From a virus: DNA of 64,000 nucleotides. The DNA is taken from positions 102,409 to 166,408 of the IMG/VR virus record IMGVR_UViG_3300042924_004713. The stretch is one strand, 5' to 3'. A model generated the notes under the pieces. The model was not told the DNA's origin, did not search any database, and worked only from the letters and a program-made list of their open reading frames with translations. Position numbers and translations under genes: made by a program. Positions 1-10,041 of this stretch are shown here, in pieces (the stretch's first letter is position 1; each line of letters starts with the position of its first letter).

Positions 1-663
1 TGTTAGTTCGGGTGCACCTTCATCACGATAAACTTCAAACAGTGTTTTGCCAATCTGTGCCCAATGCATATATACCTCGCCTAGATGTCGATCATAACAA
101 TCTATGCTCCAGGGTCTACGATGCTGCTCTTGTAGTTGGTATCTTGGTGCGTTGAGCCAGGTATTGATCTGACTCAGGCGTACCCATTCAGGTGCTGTGC
201 GTTCTCTTAATTTGCTGAGCACAAGACTCTCAAGTTCATGGCACACTGTGTTCAGCTGACGTATAGCATACTTGGTTTCGTAGTCAGCACGCCTATAGTA
301 ATCACTGAGATGATTAACAGTGCCTTGTAAGATTTCAAAATGATTATGAACTTGATTTAGTATAGTTTTGTCAACTATAAGTTCTGAAGCACTCACACGA
401 TCACTGATATGATAGTCGAGGTCGCTGTGATTAATCGTGTCCACGGCTGAGTTGAGTTCATCGCACAGATAATCAAGACTACGAGCTCCGTTGGGGAAGC
501 CCATGAAACAAAAGTTTTTTTCAATTTTATTGTTTTTGAGCAAAATCTTGAGTGCATCAATCCAGTCACGTGCCAAGAGTGTGTCATGGACCCGGATGAT
601 CACTTCCACAGTGCTGCTCTTTTGCACTGGATTTCGTAAAATCATTTTAACTAGAGATGTCAT
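1..663 (-). CDS. Hypothetical protein, 3' end outside the window (MTSLVKMILRNP...); not in the ORF track
   Basis: I read the frame from ATG 663 (alternative ATG 645) to position 1 and found no stop. It overlaps the stop of the upstream radical SAM gene, like the rest of the operon. Confidence 0.8.
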   Translation of the reverse strand, partial: MTSLVKMILRNPVQKSSTVEVIIRVHDTLLARDWIDALKILLKNNKIEKNFCFMGFPNGARSLDYLCDELNSAVDTINHSDLDYHISDRVSASELIVDKTILNQVHNHFEILQGTVNHLSDYYRRADYETKYAIRQLNTVCHELESLVLSKLRERTAPEWVRLSQINTWLNAPRYQLQEQHRRPWSIDCYDRHLGEVYMHWAQIGKTLFEVYRDEGAPELT

Positions 664-1957
664 GCCACCATGCCTCTAACACTGGATTCTGTTTGACTAT
701 GTCTGCCATGATCAATTTATCTTTACGTATTTTCTCTAATTGTAACACAGTTTGCCGACCTTTTTGCACAGCATCTGGATAAACGTCGGGCCATGTTTCT
801 TCAAAAGTTGGACGTTCAAGAAGTTGTTGCAGCAAATCACGCATCACTGTGGTTTGACATTGAGCCAACAAAGGCCGTACTATTGCATCAAGCGCAGGCC
901 TAGGCAGAATCAAAGGACTCCAGATGTTATCTGGTGTAAAAGCAAACACGGTTTTGGCAAGCAAGCCACAGCCAAGTTCCTTGGCCAACTGTTCAATAGC
1001 CAAGACTTCAGTCAAGCCAGGTAGAGTAAGAGTGAAATCTATGCGCATCTGTCTGGCATGCTTTGCATAACTCATTCCTTCTTTGAAATTTTGTAGCCAT
1101 GTTTGATAATCAAGACCGTATCTAATATATTCTCCGACACTGCCGGTTCCGTCGAGGCTAGCGCAGATTTGCCAGTCTCTAACCTTCGCCAAAATGTCTT
1201 TGAAAAGACCAACGCCAAGATGATTAATCCTGCTAAGATTTGTATTATACCTTGCGTAAACACTGGGACCGTCTCCTAGTTCAATAATGCGCTGCATGTA
1301 CCGCCAGTGTTGCTCGTACATCAAGGGTTCGCCGCCTACCCAATAGACTTCTTCCACACGGTGTTGTTCTACTGCATCAGAGAATTCTTGTTCTATTACA
1401 CTGTCTTGAAATGCAGTGATTTGTTTTTTGATTTCTGGACGCATCCAGTGGTTACGGTTGTCAGTCCAGTCCACAAGATCATGCTGTTTGCGCTCACTTT
1501 CCCATGCACTGCTCAACATGTCTCCACACATACGGCATTTAAAATTGCATAGGTTGGTAAATCTATAGTCCCAACTAACTGGCTGCATGGTTGTGGCACC
1601 TGATTCGTCAGTGGAGCTCTGTACTTCAGGCCATTTGTGCGCAAACAAATGATTAAAATAGTCACGATAAACATCAGTGTTCAATAATTTGTTGTTGCAC
1701 ACTTCACATTCAGGCAGTGTTTCACCTGCTAACATGCGACGACGCACACTGCGCATGTGGTCTCCATTCCAGTGTTGTTCAAGCGTAATGGGTATGTAAC
1801 GACCGGTGCCTGCTGCTGTGTCAATATACTGTTGAAAATTCTGTGCAGGTTCACGACTGGCACAACACATTCTACGTTCGGTCTGCGGTGACAGATACGT
1901 GTGTGTCCAAGGTGCCATGCACAAAGTATCAGGCTTAGGAGTAGTCAACTGGGCCAT
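647..1957 (-). CDS. Radical SAM protein with N-terminal SPASM/twitch-like Cys domain
   Basis: CNFKCRMC (CxxxCxxC) and GGEP; N-terminal CMAPW...RMCC...CEVC. Confidence 0.9.
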   Translation of the reverse strand: MAQLTTPKPDTLCMAPWTHTYLSPQTERRMCCASREPAQNFQQYIDTAAGTGRYIPITLEQHWNGDHMRSVRRRMLAGETLPECEVCNNKLLNTDVYRDYFNHLFAHKWPEVQSSTDESGATTMQPVSWDYRFTNLCNFKCRMCGDMLSSAWESERKQHDLVDWTDNRNHWMRPEIKKQITAFQDSVIEQEFSDAVEQHRVEEVYWVGGEPLMYEQHWRYMQRIIELGDGPSVYARYNTNLSRINHLGVGLFKDILAKVRDWQICASLDGTGSVGEYIRYGLDYQTWLQNFKEGMSYAKHARQMRIDFTLTLPGLTEVLAIEQLAKELGCGLLAKTVFAFTPDNIWSPLILPRPALDAIVRPLLAQCQTTVMRDLLQQLLERPTFEETWPDVYPDAVQKGRQTVLQLEKIRKDKLIMADIVKQNPVLEAWWHDISS

Positions 1958-3170
1958 CGTAGTTTATGATATATGCTAGATCAGGACAAGCGTCTGCAAG
2001 ATTCTGTTGTCGTACAGTGTCTAATCTGCTGATCTCGTAGGTCAAGGTACCGCCTTTACCTACACCCATCCAACCTTCTTTGGCTCGCATAAACGCAATG
2101 ATGTTCTTACGATCTTCTGCATAGGGATGATCTATACGTTCTCTTAACAGTTGACTGATAATTCGTTCTTTGATGGCTTCCACAACATTTTGCACACACC
2201 ATACTGGTGAATCGTGTAGATAATTCCAATAAACAAAGTCCCAAGGAAAGGATGCTGCCCACTGAGCTATGGTATTAAAGTATAGAACGTTCCAAATGCT
2301 AATGGTACAGCAGAGTTGCAACTGAATATTAGAGCTGGCTTCTCTTAGTTGTCTAAACTTTTCTAGGTTGTTCATTACCTCTGGCCACTTGGCACCTGTG
2401 CGCTGATATTCAAATCGTTGACCTATGTCATCAATGCTGAGTGCAATTTCTACTAATTTAAAATGGGGCCAGAGTTCTACGCCTTGTTCTGGATAGTGTG
2501 TGCCATTGGTGTTGTAGTGTATTTCAATATTGTGTGCCAAACCACGATCTACAAGAGTCTGCAAAAAGTCAAAGTGTTCTTGAATCATAAATGGCTCACC
2601 GCCCGTGAATTCAAGATACCGTATCTGTTCAGCAAATTCATCTAACTGCTGCCAGAACACAGTGCTTTCTTTGGGCCATCGACCTTCTCTCAACATTTTG
2701 TACGCATAGGTTTGCTTACGGTCCAAGGTCATTATTTGACCAACCTCTTCACTGGCAAATGTACTACTACTCCATGGCCCACATATTCTACACTTGAGAT
2801 TACAGATGTTGCCTAGTTTAAGATCTAAAAAAATTAGATCATTGGCATCTTCTGTCCATGTCATGTCTGTGATTAAGTGTTTTAATCGCTCCAGTGTGTG
2901 TTGTCGTTTGGAGGTTCCTCCACTGGCTTCAACTGACCAACAACGCTCACACGTGGCCGGAAGTTCACCTGCAATGAATGCACGTCGGAGTTCGCGCATG
3001 TGACTGCTATCTCGTATTTGATCGAAGGTCGCAGAGGTAAGTTGGTATTTGTCATTGTGTTCATCTACTATTTCATCCTTGGCCAAACAACATGGGCGTA
3101 CAGTACCAATTGGGCTGGTTTCCAAACTTACCCATGGCAGTATACAAAAAGTTTTATTGGGCAGTGTCAT
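1935..3170 (-). CDS. Radical SAM protein with N-terminal SPASM/twitch-like domain
   Basis: CNLKCRIC, GGEP, YNTNG; N-terminal CILPW...RPCC...CERCW. Confidence 0.9.
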   Translation of the reverse strand: MTLPNKTFCILPWVSLETSPIGTVRPCCLAKDEIVDEHNDKYQLTSATFDQIRDSSHMRELRRAFIAGELPATCERCWSVEASGGTSKRQHTLERLKHLITDMTWTEDANDLIFLDLKLGNICNLKCRICGPWSSSTFASEEVGQIMTLDRKQTYAYKMLREGRWPKESTVFWQQLDEFAEQIRYLEFTGGEPFMIQEHFDFLQTLVDRGLAHNIEIHYNTNGTHYPEQGVELWPHFKLVEIALSIDDIGQRFEYQRTGAKWPEVMNNLEKFRQLREASSNIQLQLCCTISIWNVLYFNTIAQWAASFPWDFVYWNYLHDSPVWCVQNVVEAIKERIISQLLRERIDHPYAEDRKNIIAFMRAKEGWMGVGKGGTLTYEISRLDTVRQQNLADACPDLAYIINYDGPVDYS

Positions 3171-4450
3171 AGATCTTGCAGTTCGGGTAACACGGATAAC
3201 ATGCTCTCTCCACGAATCTCGTCTAGTTGTTGAGACTTAGCCCAAAACTCAGGCAATTTTTCGCTGTTGTCTCTACTGTCCATAAAAGTTATAGCACTTT
3301 CAAATCCTTGACTTGCACGTTTAAAGGGATCCAAAGGCTGTAACCATTCGATGTGTTCACGAAACTTGGCACGCAGCTGATCTTTATATCGCGCACTGGC
3401 CACATCTATTCTATAGTGCGGAGGATCTTGCAGAATGTTTACGTTTAGGTCTTGAGCTCTGATCAACCCTCGACTTACCCAATCACGGTGAAAGTCTGGC
3501 AGATGCCAGGCATTCATTAAACTTAGAGTAGGACTTATGTAAAAGTCAACATTGGGGCATATCTCTAGCATGCGTTCACGATTGCGTTCAACTGTGTCCC
3601 AGTCTGTGCCTTTGCGAATGTATTCTGCTCGTTCGCCCATGGCATCAAGGCTAGCACCCACACTCACTGAATCAAAACGTCGCCAATAGTCAAAAACTGA
3701 TCTTGATTTGAGTTTGGTCTGCGTAAAGTTAGTGTTGTAGATCAGTCTTACATCAAACCTACCTCTGCGCTCCAACTCTTCAAGAATGTTATAATGCTCC
3801 TCCATCATGAGTGGCTCACCGCCAGCAAAGTAAATTTGTTCTACATAGTCAAGATGCGGTAACAATTGTTCCCACATGTCGGTTTCAGTACGTCCCGCAT
3901 AGTTCATAGCTGGAAATAGTTTGCCCCACTCAGGTCCTGCTAGCTTGACTTGATCAGCATACCAACTACTGGAAAATATAAAACCGCAGCTACGACATCT
4001 TAAATTACAGAGATTACTAAAACGTATATCCCAGTATGTCATTTCAAATCTGTCAAGCCGGCCAGTTGAATCTGTTTCATCAACACGATTGATATGATGA
4101 CCATGATGCTTGTTGGCTGCTTGTCGTCCGCTCATGAAACCGGTTTTTTCCTGTTCATAGCATCTTACACACCCTGCGCTTTCACGTTCTTCTAACATGT
4201 TCTGGCGCAGATTGCGCATTGGAGCTTGATTCCAAATTTCTTTTAATGTGTTCTTTTTACAGTGTCCTACTGATTGCCACATGGTGCTGTGACAGCACGG
4301 ATGCGCTTCACCAGTTGGATAGGTATGCAAATGTATCCATGGATAGATACAAAAAGTTTTACTCTCGGTTAGCAGGAACTTTTGACGATCTGTTAGAGAA
4401 TCAAAATTTATCTTGACAGGGCGAGGATCGTTGTAGTCAGATTTGGTCAT
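3167..4450 (-). CDS. Radical SAM protein with N-terminal SPASM/twitch-like domain
   Basis: CNLRCRSC and GGEP; N-terminal CIYPW...HPCC...CVRCY. Confidence 0.9.
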   Translation of the reverse strand: MTKSDYNDPRPVKINFDSLTDRQKFLLTESKTFCIYPWIHLHTYPTGEAHPCCHSTMWQSVGHCKKNTLKEIWNQAPMRNLRQNMLEERESAGCVRCYEQEKTGFMSGRQAANKHHGHHINRVDETDSTGRLDRFEMTYWDIRFSNLCNLRCRSCGFIFSSSWYADQVKLAGPEWGKLFPAMNYAGRTETDMWEQLLPHLDYVEQIYFAGGEPLMMEEHYNILEELERRGRFDVRLIYNTNFTQTKLKSRSVFDYWRRFDSVSVGASLDAMGERAEYIRKGTDWDTVERNRERMLEICPNVDFYISPTLSLMNAWHLPDFHRDWVSRGLIRAQDLNVNILQDPPHYRIDVASARYKDQLRAKFREHIEWLQPLDPFKRASQGFESAITFMDSRDNSEKLPEFWAKSQQLDEIRGESMLSVLPELQDL

Positions 4451-5771
4451 ACCATTGTCCTATTTCTTTAAAAGTTTCTGCAAAGTTTTTTCCTCGTCTT
4501 GTATCATACTGTTGATAGAAACGTTTGAAATCTTGCCTTAATACAGGCAAATCAAAAGCTTCGCTGTGTGGAGTTTTAACTACGTCAAGGTAATCAATCA
4601 AACGTTGCACATGATTGCGTTCATGTGGCTGTAGGAAAACGTGACGATCAAATGTATTTAACCATGACTGCAACTGATCGCGGTACTTGGTGCGTAGATA
4701 ATCAGGTAGTACCAAGGGACTTTGAAAACTTGGAAAACGCAGTATGTTTAGTGTGAAATTAGGAAAGTCTGCGCCGTATTGACTTTTCCAAGTCAACATC
4801 AGTGTAAGGAACTCTGGCAAACTTTCTAAACACAATGCATTGACTGTACACATCATGTGCAGTCCACGTAGTTGATCATGATGATTTTGAATAATATGTT
4901 CTACTTTAGTAACCCAATCATTCCATTCAAGACCGTCACGAATGTATTCAGCGTGTGCGCCCATGCTTTCGTTACTGGTATAAAGATCTATAGGAGCATC
5001 AATACTAGCAAACAGCCTATCTATGTCAACCTGACTGCCTAGGTTGCTGTTGATTGCCAGTCTGGTCTTGCTCCGACCTTTATTGTGTTTGAACCAATCT
5101 AATAACTTCCAGGTATACCCAGACATCAAAGGCTCACCGCCGGTGATACGTAGTTCGTCAAGTGTTAGGTGTAGGTCAGATTCCCACCAGGAGAAAAAGG
5201 CGTCCACGTAAGGATTGCTTTCACCGAATCTATAAAGTTGAGCGCCAGCGTGATCATGAGTGAAATGATTGCGACCGTCGCTTGCCAGTCCCACATAGGG
5301 CCCATTTTGATGTATGTCGCGTACCCATGTGCTGCTAAAGGCGGGATTGCAATAACTACAAGCAAATTGACAAGTACGATCAAAACTAATCTCCAGAGTT
5401 CGGAGATTGATATCTTCCGTGATTGGTGCGTGCTGTGCATAGGTTATGTCCTCTATGGTGTAAATTTTGGACTTGTATACACGATCACTTACAGCATCGC
5501 GTCCCATGTCCTCTATTTTCCAACAATATTCGCATCCTGCTGGACGTTGGCCACGTTGCATCTTCTCGCGGTCTTGTTTTTTCTGTGGCGTATTGTGCAG
5601 TAACTTAGGGTTAGCACGGACATTATCAGTGTCCACTAAATGAGCAGGCGGGTGGTGACATGATGTGGTCATGCCTGAACCCAGCCAAATGGTTGCATTG
5701 TACCACTTTGCTGCACAAAAACTTTGAGAAATAGGATCAAGTATCCTATTCTTGAATTCTAAATCATTCAT
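4437..5771 (-). CDS. Radical SAM protein (CxAKW/SCxHPP subtype)
   Basis: CQFACSYC and TGGEP; N-terminal CAAKW...SCHHPP...CEYCW. Confidence 0.9.
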   Translation of the reverse strand: MNDLEFKNRILDPISQSFCAAKWYNATIWLGSGMTTSCHHPPAHLVDTDNVRANPKLLHNTPQKKQDREKMQRGQRPAGCEYCWKIEDMGRDAVSDRVYKSKIYTIEDITYAQHAPITEDINLRTLEISFDRTCQFACSYCNPAFSSTWVRDIHQNGPYVGLASDGRNHFTHDHAGAQLYRFGESNPYVDAFFSWWESDLHLTLDELRITGGEPLMSGYTWKLLDWFKHNKGRSKTRLAINSNLGSQVDIDRLFASIDAPIDLYTSNESMGAHAEYIRDGLEWNDWVTKVEHIIQNHHDQLRGLHMMCTVNALCLESLPEFLTLMLTWKSQYGADFPNFTLNILRFPSFQSPLVLPDYLRTKYRDQLQSWLNTFDRHVFLQPHERNHVQRLIDYLDVVKTPHSEAFDLPVLRQDFKRFYQQYDTRRGKNFAETFKEIGQWYDQI

Positions 5772-7001
5772 CTTGTCAGTTTGTTGTCTCTTATAAACTG
5801 TATAAATCTTTCAGGAAACTCTTGTCGAACTTTTTCTCGCATGTTCCATAGGTGTTTTTGATTATACTCGCAAACAGGTCTTGCTGCTGCTAAAAAGTCT
5901 TTGAGATTCGCTGTACTCTTGCAAAGATCTACAACAATATCTCTTATTCGTGTGATTCGATCCATGTCATTGTCAATAGTGTCAAATGTTTCATCAATGA
6001 TATGATCAAATGTGCGAAAACCCAAGCTACGCATATCTCTGTAATAACCAACATTGGCGACCGCTATCCATGGGTGCCCAATGGCAATTGGTTTCCAAAT
6101 TTTTTCAGTTCTAAAACTATATGGATAGCTAAACACAGTTTCAGTTACCAGACTAAAGTAAGTATCAATATAAGGCTTAGGCTCTATATAAATCTCGCCC
6201 CACTCTAATTTGTTGTTAAAATCAAAAAGTTGATCTTTTACAAAACCAGGTACTAGATCAGATTTTAAATTTTTACGATACCTGTCAACTTCATATTGCT
6301 CTGGTAGCAATTGAACTGGTATTGTTTCTGCTACTAAATCTACTCCATTATGAATAAGTTTAAGGTCTTGTGTTCTCCCTGCGAATGTATCCAAGTTAGT
6401 CCACAAGCTTTGATCCAACAGCCCGGATAATTTAAAACTTTGCAACAAATATTTTCTATGAGGTCTACTCCGTCCATTCAAAAACAAAAATTTATAAGGT
6501 TTGTCTGTTGTATTGTAAATGTCATCGGTGTACTCGTACACATTTTTATTTTTTGGCACGTCAAAAATTTGAGGCAAAAAACTTTCATATTGCAAATGAT
6601 TAAATTGCGATTCTATATCGCCGCCACCTATTAACAGCATCCGACCTTGAACATTGTATTCTTTCAGCCCCAACTCAGTGACTTGCCATTTAAGTGTATC
6701 TGCGCCTTCAGTGGGATTACTGACTATGATAAAGGACTTACCGCTTTCAATTGTTTCTCTAACTTTGTCAATGTTATGATTTGTCTGTGCTCGCCCAAGT
6801 ACATAGATCGCATTTTCAATCAGTGTCTCTTTGCCAAAATCCCAGAATGTTCCATCAGTATACTCTTTGATCAAATCTGTAATCTCTGAGTAAATATCAA
6901 CAAATAGTTTTTTTCTACCAATCATTTGGTGTGCCTTTTGTATTCCTGCCAGAACATCATCTCTGGATTCGTATTCACGGTTTGAATTCTAAATCATCCA
7001 T
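5752..7001. repeat. 20-bp direct repeat pair (19/20 identical) at 5752-5771 and 6982-7001
   Basis: ttgaattctaaatcattcat versus ttgaattctaaatcatccat, flanking gene 5768-6925. Confidence 0.85.
5768..6925 (-). CDS. Conserved phage hypothetical protein, paralog of 6989-8131; possibly glycosyltransferase-like
   Basis: Shares KPYKFLFLNGRxRPHRK, DTYFSxVTETV and FRTEKIWKPIAIGHPW with the adjacent gene. Confidence 0.75.
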   Translation of the reverse strand: MIGRKKLFVDIYSEITDLIKEYTDGTFWDFGKETLIENAIYVLGRAQTNHNIDKVRETIESGKSFIIVSNPTEGADTLKWQVTELGLKEYNVQGRMLLIGGGDIESQFNHLQYESFLPQIFDVPKNKNVYEYTDDIYNTTDKPYKFLFLNGRSRPHRKYLLQSFKLSGLLDQSLWTNLDTFAGRTQDLKLIHNGVDLVAETIPVQLLPEQYEVDRYRKNLKSDLVPGFVKDQLFDFNNKLEWGEIYIEPKPYIDTYFSLVTETVFSYPYSFRTEKIWKPIAIGHPWIAVANVGYYRDMRSLGFRTFDHIIDETFDTIDNDMDRITRIRDIVVDLCKSTANLKDFLAAARPVCEYNQKHLWNMREKVRQEFPERFIQFIRDNKLTR

Positions 7002-8131
7002 TGATTGTTGTTTAGTAATTTGAAAAACTTATCAGGAAAGTCTTTGTTGATCTGTTCCCTAAGGTGTATCATGTGATCTTGATTATATTTACAGATGTCT
7101 CTAGCAGCTTCGAGGAATTCACGCGGTGATTTACAGATATCTATTATAACATTGATCACTCCTCGAAGTCTTGCATGATTATCTTCAATGTTGTCAAAAC
7201 TTTCATCTATAATGCCATGAAAGGTTCTAAATCCCATGTTTCGAAGATCACGATTGAATCCGGCATTGGCTACACATACCCAAGGATGCCCAATGGCTAT
7301 TGGTTTCCAGATTTTTTCTGTTCTAAAACTAAAAGGCTTGTCGTGTACTGTTTCGGTTACAATGCTAAAATAGGTATCAACATAGGTATCCAGATTTAGG
7401 TAAATGGCTCCCCATTCTTCATTGAACAGAGTAGGCATAGCATACTTTTGATCACTAAACTGCATGTCAACTCTGTTTTGATAACGTTGCACTTCATACT
7501 TACTGGGTAATAGTTTGATAGACCTTGGCCTGTTCATCAAATCTATACCATGTTGTTCTAGACACAAAGATCCATCATCAATGAAATTTGGATCCAACCA
7601 AGTCCATAGTGCTTGATCAAGCAGTCCAAGATAGTCTAACTGTTCAACCATCCACTTGCGATGTGGCCTGGCCCTGCCGTTCAAAAACAAAAATTTATAT
7701 GGCTTATTGATTTTGGTATAGATCTGATCACTGTGTTGTATTACTTCTAAGTTTTCTGGAAAATGATGAACTTTGCTAATAAAATGATCATGTCTAAGAT
7801 AATCACAATCAACACGTATGTCACCACCGCTGATCAAAAGTATCTTCTTTGAAAGCAGTAGATCTTCAAAACGCAGTTTGCGTATGATGTAATGCAGAGT
7901 TTCACTGCCTTCAAACGGATTACTGTATACCACTCGAATGTTGGAATCAACCAACTGTCTGATCAATCTATTGTACTTGGCGAATTGTTTGCGGCCAAAC
8001 ACATATACCCGGTTGGGTGTTGGTAACACTGTGGCAAAGTCGTGAAATGTTTCTGTTGCCCAAGGACGTAGTAATTCTGTGGTCTCACAGCCTTCGTCAA
8101 GTGATAGATTGAGCGTTGGCATGTGATTCAC
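6989..8131 (-). CDS. Conserved phage hypothetical protein, paralog of 5768-6925; ends in TAG
   Basis: Same motif set as 5768-6925. Confidence 0.75.
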   Translation of the reverse strand: MNHMPTLNLSLDEGCETTELLRPWATETFHDFATVLPTPNRVYVFGRKQFAKYNRLIRQLVDSNIRVVYSNPFEGSETLHYIIRKLRFEDLLLSKKILLISGGDIRVDCDYLRHDHFISKVHHFPENLEVIQHSDQIYTKINKPYKFLFLNGRARPHRKWMVEQLDYLGLLDQALWTWLDPNFIDDGSLCLEQHGIDLMNRPRSIKLLPSKYEVQRYQNRVDMQFSDQKYAMPTLFNEEWGAIYLNLDTYVDTYFSIVTETVHDKPFSFRTEKIWKPIAIGHPWVCVANAGFNRDLRNMGFRTFHGIIDESFDNIEDNHARLRGVINVIIDICKSPREFLEAARDICKYNQDHMIHLREQINKDFPDKFFKLLNNNQWMI

Positions 8132-9482
8132 ACTCTAACCAAAAGCTGGTCATTTCAGGAAATACCTGTTGAAACGCATTTGAATCATTGAACATCCTTC
8201 TGCTGTACTCGCTGAAAAATCTGTAGAAGTCAGCTCTAGCCATGGTGATTTCATCTGTGTTTTGTGGCTCACTCATCCAGGCCAAGGCTCGCTCCATGCG
8301 CTGTACTTCATAGTCTTTGAATCCCACAAAACTGTTGTCTTCCATCATGTTATCACGCATAAAGTCAATGGCCTGACGCATTCTGCGTTGATAGGATTCA
8401 GGTAATATCTGTAAGCTCTGCCAACGAGGATTACGCAACACCGGAGTATCAAACCAAACTTTTTGATAGGTTTTTGAATATCTGGATCTGAGTTCCAAGA
8501 TATAATCTAGCAGTGCATCTATGCCTACTATACTCAAGTTGTTCAAGGTCACAATAAAAGTCAGGCTGTTTTTTTCTTGAACATTGTCAAGGTAACTGTT
8601 GACATTGGCCAAGAACTGAGTTGAATGCATGCCACGTCTGATGTATGCTGCCTGTGTCCAGTCTCCTGTGTCAATACTAACATACTGCATGAAGTGTTCA
8701 ATCTTGGTCGCACATAGCTTTTTTATATACTCTAGGTACCCTAGAAAAATCTCTGTTGGCACACTGAAATTACTAGTGACATCTATGTGCAATTCAGGAT
8801 GTGGCGATGCCAGTATGTAATCAAAAACCTTGTAGGTGTTTTTGTCTAGTATTGGCTCACCACCAGTCATACGGAAATGACGCAGACGTGGATAAAGTTG
8901 TGGCCACCACCGCCAAAACGCATCTAGATAAGGATTGTGTTCTCGCACAGGTATAGGTCTTTTGCGTCCTTTGAAGTGCGCAGGATCGTTGTGAGGTATT
9001 CGAGTAGGAAAGGCACCATGCCTCTGCGCATCTTCCATCCAGGTAGAACTAAACTGTGGACTGCAATAGCTACAGGCTAGATTACAAACATTGCTAAAAT
9101 TAACTTCAACGTAACTGGGTATTATATCTTCGTCGCCAGACAATGCGTCCAAATCAATCTCAGCCCAGGGTTCGCCAGATCGATAGTGACGATCACTAAG
9201 TTCGCCAAGATCCTCCATGTTCCAGCAGTACTGACATTCACTAGGTCGCTCATTACGCAGCATGATTTTGCGCTGTGTTTTTTTATAAGGCGTGTTGTGC
9301 AAGGCACTGGGATTGTCAGCCAAAAGCGATACATCTATTTCGTGCAATGGCGGATGGTAACAACTATTGGTCATGCCCGTGGTCAGGTGCAGACTTACCT
9401 GCTTCCATTTAGCGTAGCAACGTGCAGGACCTAGCTTGTCGCGCATCTCTTCTGCGTTGTTTAGAAAAACACTTTTAGACAT
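8097..9482 (-). CDS. Radical SAM protein (CxAKW/SCxHPP subtype)
   Basis: CNLACSYC and TGGEP; N-terminal CYAKW...SCYHPP...CQYCW. Confidence 0.9.
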   Translation of the reverse strand: MSKSVFLNNAEEMRDKLGPARCYAKWKQVSLHLTTGMTNSCYHPPLHEIDVSLLADNPSALHNTPYKKTQRKIMLRNERPSECQYCWNMEDLGELSDRHYRSGEPWAEIDLDALSGDEDIIPSYVEVNFSNVCNLACSYCSPQFSSTWMEDAQRHGAFPTRIPHNDPAHFKGRKRPIPVREHNPYLDAFWRWWPQLYPRLRHFRMTGGEPILDKNTYKVFDYILASPHPELHIDVTSNFSVPTEIFLGYLEYIKKLCATKIEHFMQYVSIDTGDWTQAAYIRRGMHSTQFLANVNSYLDNVQEKNSLTFIVTLNNLSIVGIDALLDYILELRSRYSKTYQKVWFDTPVLRNPRWQSLQILPESYQRRMRQAIDFMRDNMMEDNSFVGFKDYEVQRMERALAWMSEPQNTDEITMARADFYRFFSEYSRRMFNDSNAFQQVFPEMTSFWLECESHANAQSIT

Positions 9483-10041
9483 CTAGTTCCTGTTGTAAAA
9501 GATTGTACAAAACCGCAGTGCCTTGCGCAGATAGATGCCCATCAGGCAATCTATGATTGGGAGCAATAAAAGGCATCAATAACCGATGTTGAGTGTCACG
9601 GTTTTCCCACGTAAAGCCCACAGCAATTTTGTTTTGTAAAAAGCTCATTGTGGTGTCAATTAACATGTTGCTTAAATTATCACTGTAGGGAGGACCAAAC
9701 ACAGTGTAAAAGTATTTGTAAACTTCCTGGCTCGCCGTATCCAGCTGTTGATTGCTGATACCAAGCCCCTGACCGTGCCAACCAGCAAAAAAATCTATGT
9801 CATGATCTTGATACTTGATACCAAACCTTGATGAATACGTCCATCCTAGAACAAATACATCGTGACCACTGACATTTTGGTACACATCATAAGCAATGGC
9901 CATGTTACTTTTACCAGGACGGGATCCATCGGTGACTGTGTATCCCCCCTGACTAGCAAACATTGACCCTAGACTTTGCTCACGTGGCAATCCATGACCG
10001 TATGTAAGACTACATCCATCAATATACATACGTAGAGACAT
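9475..10041 (-). CDS. SGNH/GDSL hydrolase-like protein (start revised to ATG 10041)
   Basis: GCSLTYG (block I-like), G.SN, C-terminal DGHL; TAATG overlap with the upstream stop. Confidence 0.6.
   Translation of the reverse strand: MSLRMYIDGCSLTYGHGLPREQSLGSMFASQGGYTVTDGSRPGKSNMAIAYDVYQNVSGHDVFVLGWTYSSRFGIKYQDHDIDFFAGWHGQGLGISNQQLDTASQEVYKYFYTVFGPPYSDNLSNMLIDTTMSFLQNKIAVGFTWENRDTQHRLLMPFIAPNHRLPDGHLSAQGTAVLYNLLQQELDV

Noticed and set aside
647-9482. Pyrrolysine system (CUA tRNA plus radical SAM as PylB)
   Set aside because: The radical SAM proteins have SPASM/twitch-type features rather than a PylB/BioB-like pattern, no PylS/PylC/PylD is recognisable in the window, and the tRNA has a canonical T-loop and an A discriminator.
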